This document shows positions 45,883 through 47,390 of a stretch of 47,390 nucleotides of DNA, one piece after another (the first letter of the stretch is position 1; each line of letters starts with the position of its first letter). The stretch lies in the UHGV virus genome UHGV-1361924; one strand, written 5' to 3'. This DNA is from a virus. The notes beneath the pieces were generated by a model, which was given only the letters and a program-made list of their open reading frames with translations, searched no databases and was not told the origin of the DNA. Made by a program: the position numbers and the translations under genes.

Positions 45883-46154
45883 GCAAGTCATTCATCGTAA
45901 TTATCCGGCGCGCCTGGTGTAACGAAGGCGGGCACGGTATCGAATATTCATCTGACCTTATTCACTACGAGACCCGCAATGGAGCCATATCACACGGTTT
46001 TCGGACTGTAGATAGCGACGATTTCAACATCGGAGTTATCGAGGGCGGCAATCTGGTTTCGTTTGACTGGATGGATAAGCCGGTTGGTGAAAGCGAAGAC
46101 ACGCTGGCACAGATTGCCGAGCTAATCGGTCTGGAGGCACAGCATGACAACTGA
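45879..46154 (+). CDS. hypothetical protein
   Basis: ATGA coupling. Confidence 0.45.
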   Translation: MSKSFIVIIRRAWCNEGGHGIEYSSDLIHYETRNGAISHGFRTVDSDDFNIGVIEGGNLVSFDWMDKPVGESEDTLAQIAELIGLEAQHDN

Positions 46155-46324
46155 TATCACCGAACTCCCGCCAAACATTGGCTATGGCGTCCGTCGGCGC
46201 TGGCACGCTCAACGTGGGCAACGAAATGGTCGAGGTGGGAGATATCATCGCCTTCCGTCACGACACAATTTAAGGAAATGGATAGGCAAGCGTTTGATTG
46301 CAGAAGTTTTAGCGGAGGCCAAAC

Positions 46325-46837
46325 ATGCAAAATGATATCACCGAACTGGCGCATAGCCTGAAAGCGGCGGCAGAGAAAGCAATCGCAGAAGAAGGTTCGA
46401 CTTGGTGGAACGAAGAGCAACTGGCGAGCGACTATGGTCTTGCGCTGCATAGGACGGACGCTAAGTTCATCGCGTTAGCTAGTCACGAGAACGTGCTGGC
46501 TCTGGTAGAGGCGCTGGAGAAGGCGCAGCGTGCCAGCGGCTACCTTCGTGAGCAGTCTGCTGAATGGGAGCGTAAGGCAATCAGTAACTTTGAAGACTGT
46601 GCGGAAATGTCGGCGCGGGTTGAAGAGCTAGAATCACAGCGGAAACTGGCTTTCGCCGCCAGTAATCGCTGGGCGGATAAATTCAGAGAAGCAGAGAAGC
46701 GCATCGCCGAGCTGGAGTCCCGCACCGTGAAGCTGCCAAATCAAACTGAGTTTGATGATCCGCTATCAGCGTATGAGGCTATCCAGAAGTGCAAAGAGGC
46801 GCTGACCGCCGCTGGCATCAAGGTGGAGGCTGAGTGA
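46325..46837 (+). CDS. coiled-coil protein (possibly Ead/Ea22-like)
   Basis: 170 aa, ELES repeats; family assignment from memory only. Confidence 0.45.
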   Translation: MQNDITELAHSLKAAAEKAIAEEGSTWWNEEQLASDYGLALHRTDAKFIALASHENVLALVEALEKAQRASGYLREQSAEWERKAISNFEDCAEMSARVEELESQRKLAFAASNRWADKFREAEKRIAELESRTVKLPNQTEFDDPLSAYEAIQKCKEALTAAGIKVEAE

Positions 46838-47130
46838 TGTGGAGAGGAATCGATCGCACCAGAAGCCAGATGATACTGACCGAGTATCGCTATGACCCAA
46901 AAGCCAAAGACTCCAAATCCGTTTACCTGGTGCGGCATAACAGCCGCATTCATCAGACTGTTCTGGAGCAGCATTTGACAATAGAGCGCGATAGTTTCGG
47001 TCGTTTCATACCGACTATCGAACTGAAAGACTTTCCGGAAGGACTTAGCGACCGCGAGTCGATGCTCAAACTCGCCGACTGGCTGCACCGCTTAGGCGTG
47101 GCGATTGAAGATAACTGGAGTCAACCATGA
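46834..47130 (+). CDS. hypothetical protein
   Basis: GTGATG coupling. Confidence 0.45.
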   Translation: MMWRGIDRTRSQMILTEYRYDPKAKDSKSVYLVRHNSRIHQTVLEQHLTIERDSFGRFIPTIELKDFPEGLSDRESMLKLADWLHRLGVAIEDNWSQP

Positions 47131-47339
47131 CCAATAACACCGAAACGAAAGGTCGCTATATCTACCACTTCTGTGGCGCACTGAAAGGTCAGAACGCCAC
47201 GCTTTCTGGTGTCGCTCAATTGACGTTCAGAATCACGAGCCAGCAGGATTTGGAGAGATTCAAAGCGGCCGTCAGTTGTGAGGGAAAAGAAATCGATGCA
47301 GTTTTTTCTCTGAGCTATCTGGGGCGGGAGCACGAATAA
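47127..47339 (+). CDS. hypothetical protein
   Basis: 70 aa. Confidence 0.45.
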   Translation: MTNNTETKGRYIYHFCGALKGQNATLSGVAQLTFRITSQQDLERFKAAVSCEGKEIDAVFSLSYLGREHE

Positions 47340-47390
47340 ATGACCAAATCAACCATAACCAGAGAGCGCCTGGAAGAAATTGTCAGCGAC
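47340..47390 (+). CDS. 5' fragment of ORF running off window end; in frame with ORF at 1..621 if circular
   Basis: TAAATG coupling; MTKSTITRERLEEIVSD... Confidence 0.35.
   Translation, partial: MTKSTITRERLEEIVSD

Overview
The window reads as a near-complete, apparently circularly permuted genome of a tailed dsDNA siphovirus infecting an enterobacterial host. Sigma70-like promoters and an E. coli-type SSB acidic tail support the host assignment. The organisation is compatible with a T1-like (Drexlerviridae-type) or related virulent siphophage, but the family assignment is tentative.

The gene order is as follows:
- Early small-gene region, 44.7 kb wrapping through the window end to 1.2 kb.
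- Small and large terminase, an HNH homing endonuclease, portal, and a head morphogenesis protein.
- A minus-strand accessory island, 7.9-9.4 kb.
- Lysis cassette: GH24 endolysin, a holin-like protein, and an embedded Rz/Rz1 spanin pair.
- A second block of small early genes, including a Lar-family restriction-alleviation protein.
- Prohead protease/scaffold, major capsid protein, and a second HNH endonuclease on the opposite strand.
- A ParB-like minus-strand operon.
- Neck genes, followed by two antisense tRNAs (Met-CAU and Arg-UCU).
- Major tail protein and a minus-strand moron operon of translationally coupled small ORFs.
- Tail assembly chaperone and tape measure protein.
- A T5orf172-domain protein with four CHC2-like zinc-ribbon repeats, on the opposite strand.
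- Minor tail proteins, an I-J-like tip protein, and a beta-helix tail fibre with a C-terminal S74-type chaperone.
- A minus-strand replication/recombination operon: Sak4-like ATPase, Gp157, a non-canonical SSB-like protein, SF2 helicase and VRR-NUC.
- A divergent plus-strand Cro-like regulator and a PrimPol/D5-like primase-helicase.

The candidate novel signals are:
1. A 24-codon ORF that is in frame with VRR-NUC and separated from it by a single TGA. It encodes exactly the E. coli SSB C-terminal tail (NEPPMDFDDDIPF).
2. A recurrent AATCTACGTCA / TTGACGTAGATT promoter-operator motif found only in intergenic regions, plus a class of extended -10 (TGnTAtAAT) promoters.
3. A 14-bp element (TCGAGAGGACA on the mRNA) repeated immediately 5' of three replication-operon start codons.
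4. A 450-bp AT-rich non-coding region next to the replication genes, with two C10/C11 homopolymers and five to seven GACTTTAGAG iterons in both orientations. This is a candidate origin or packaging site.
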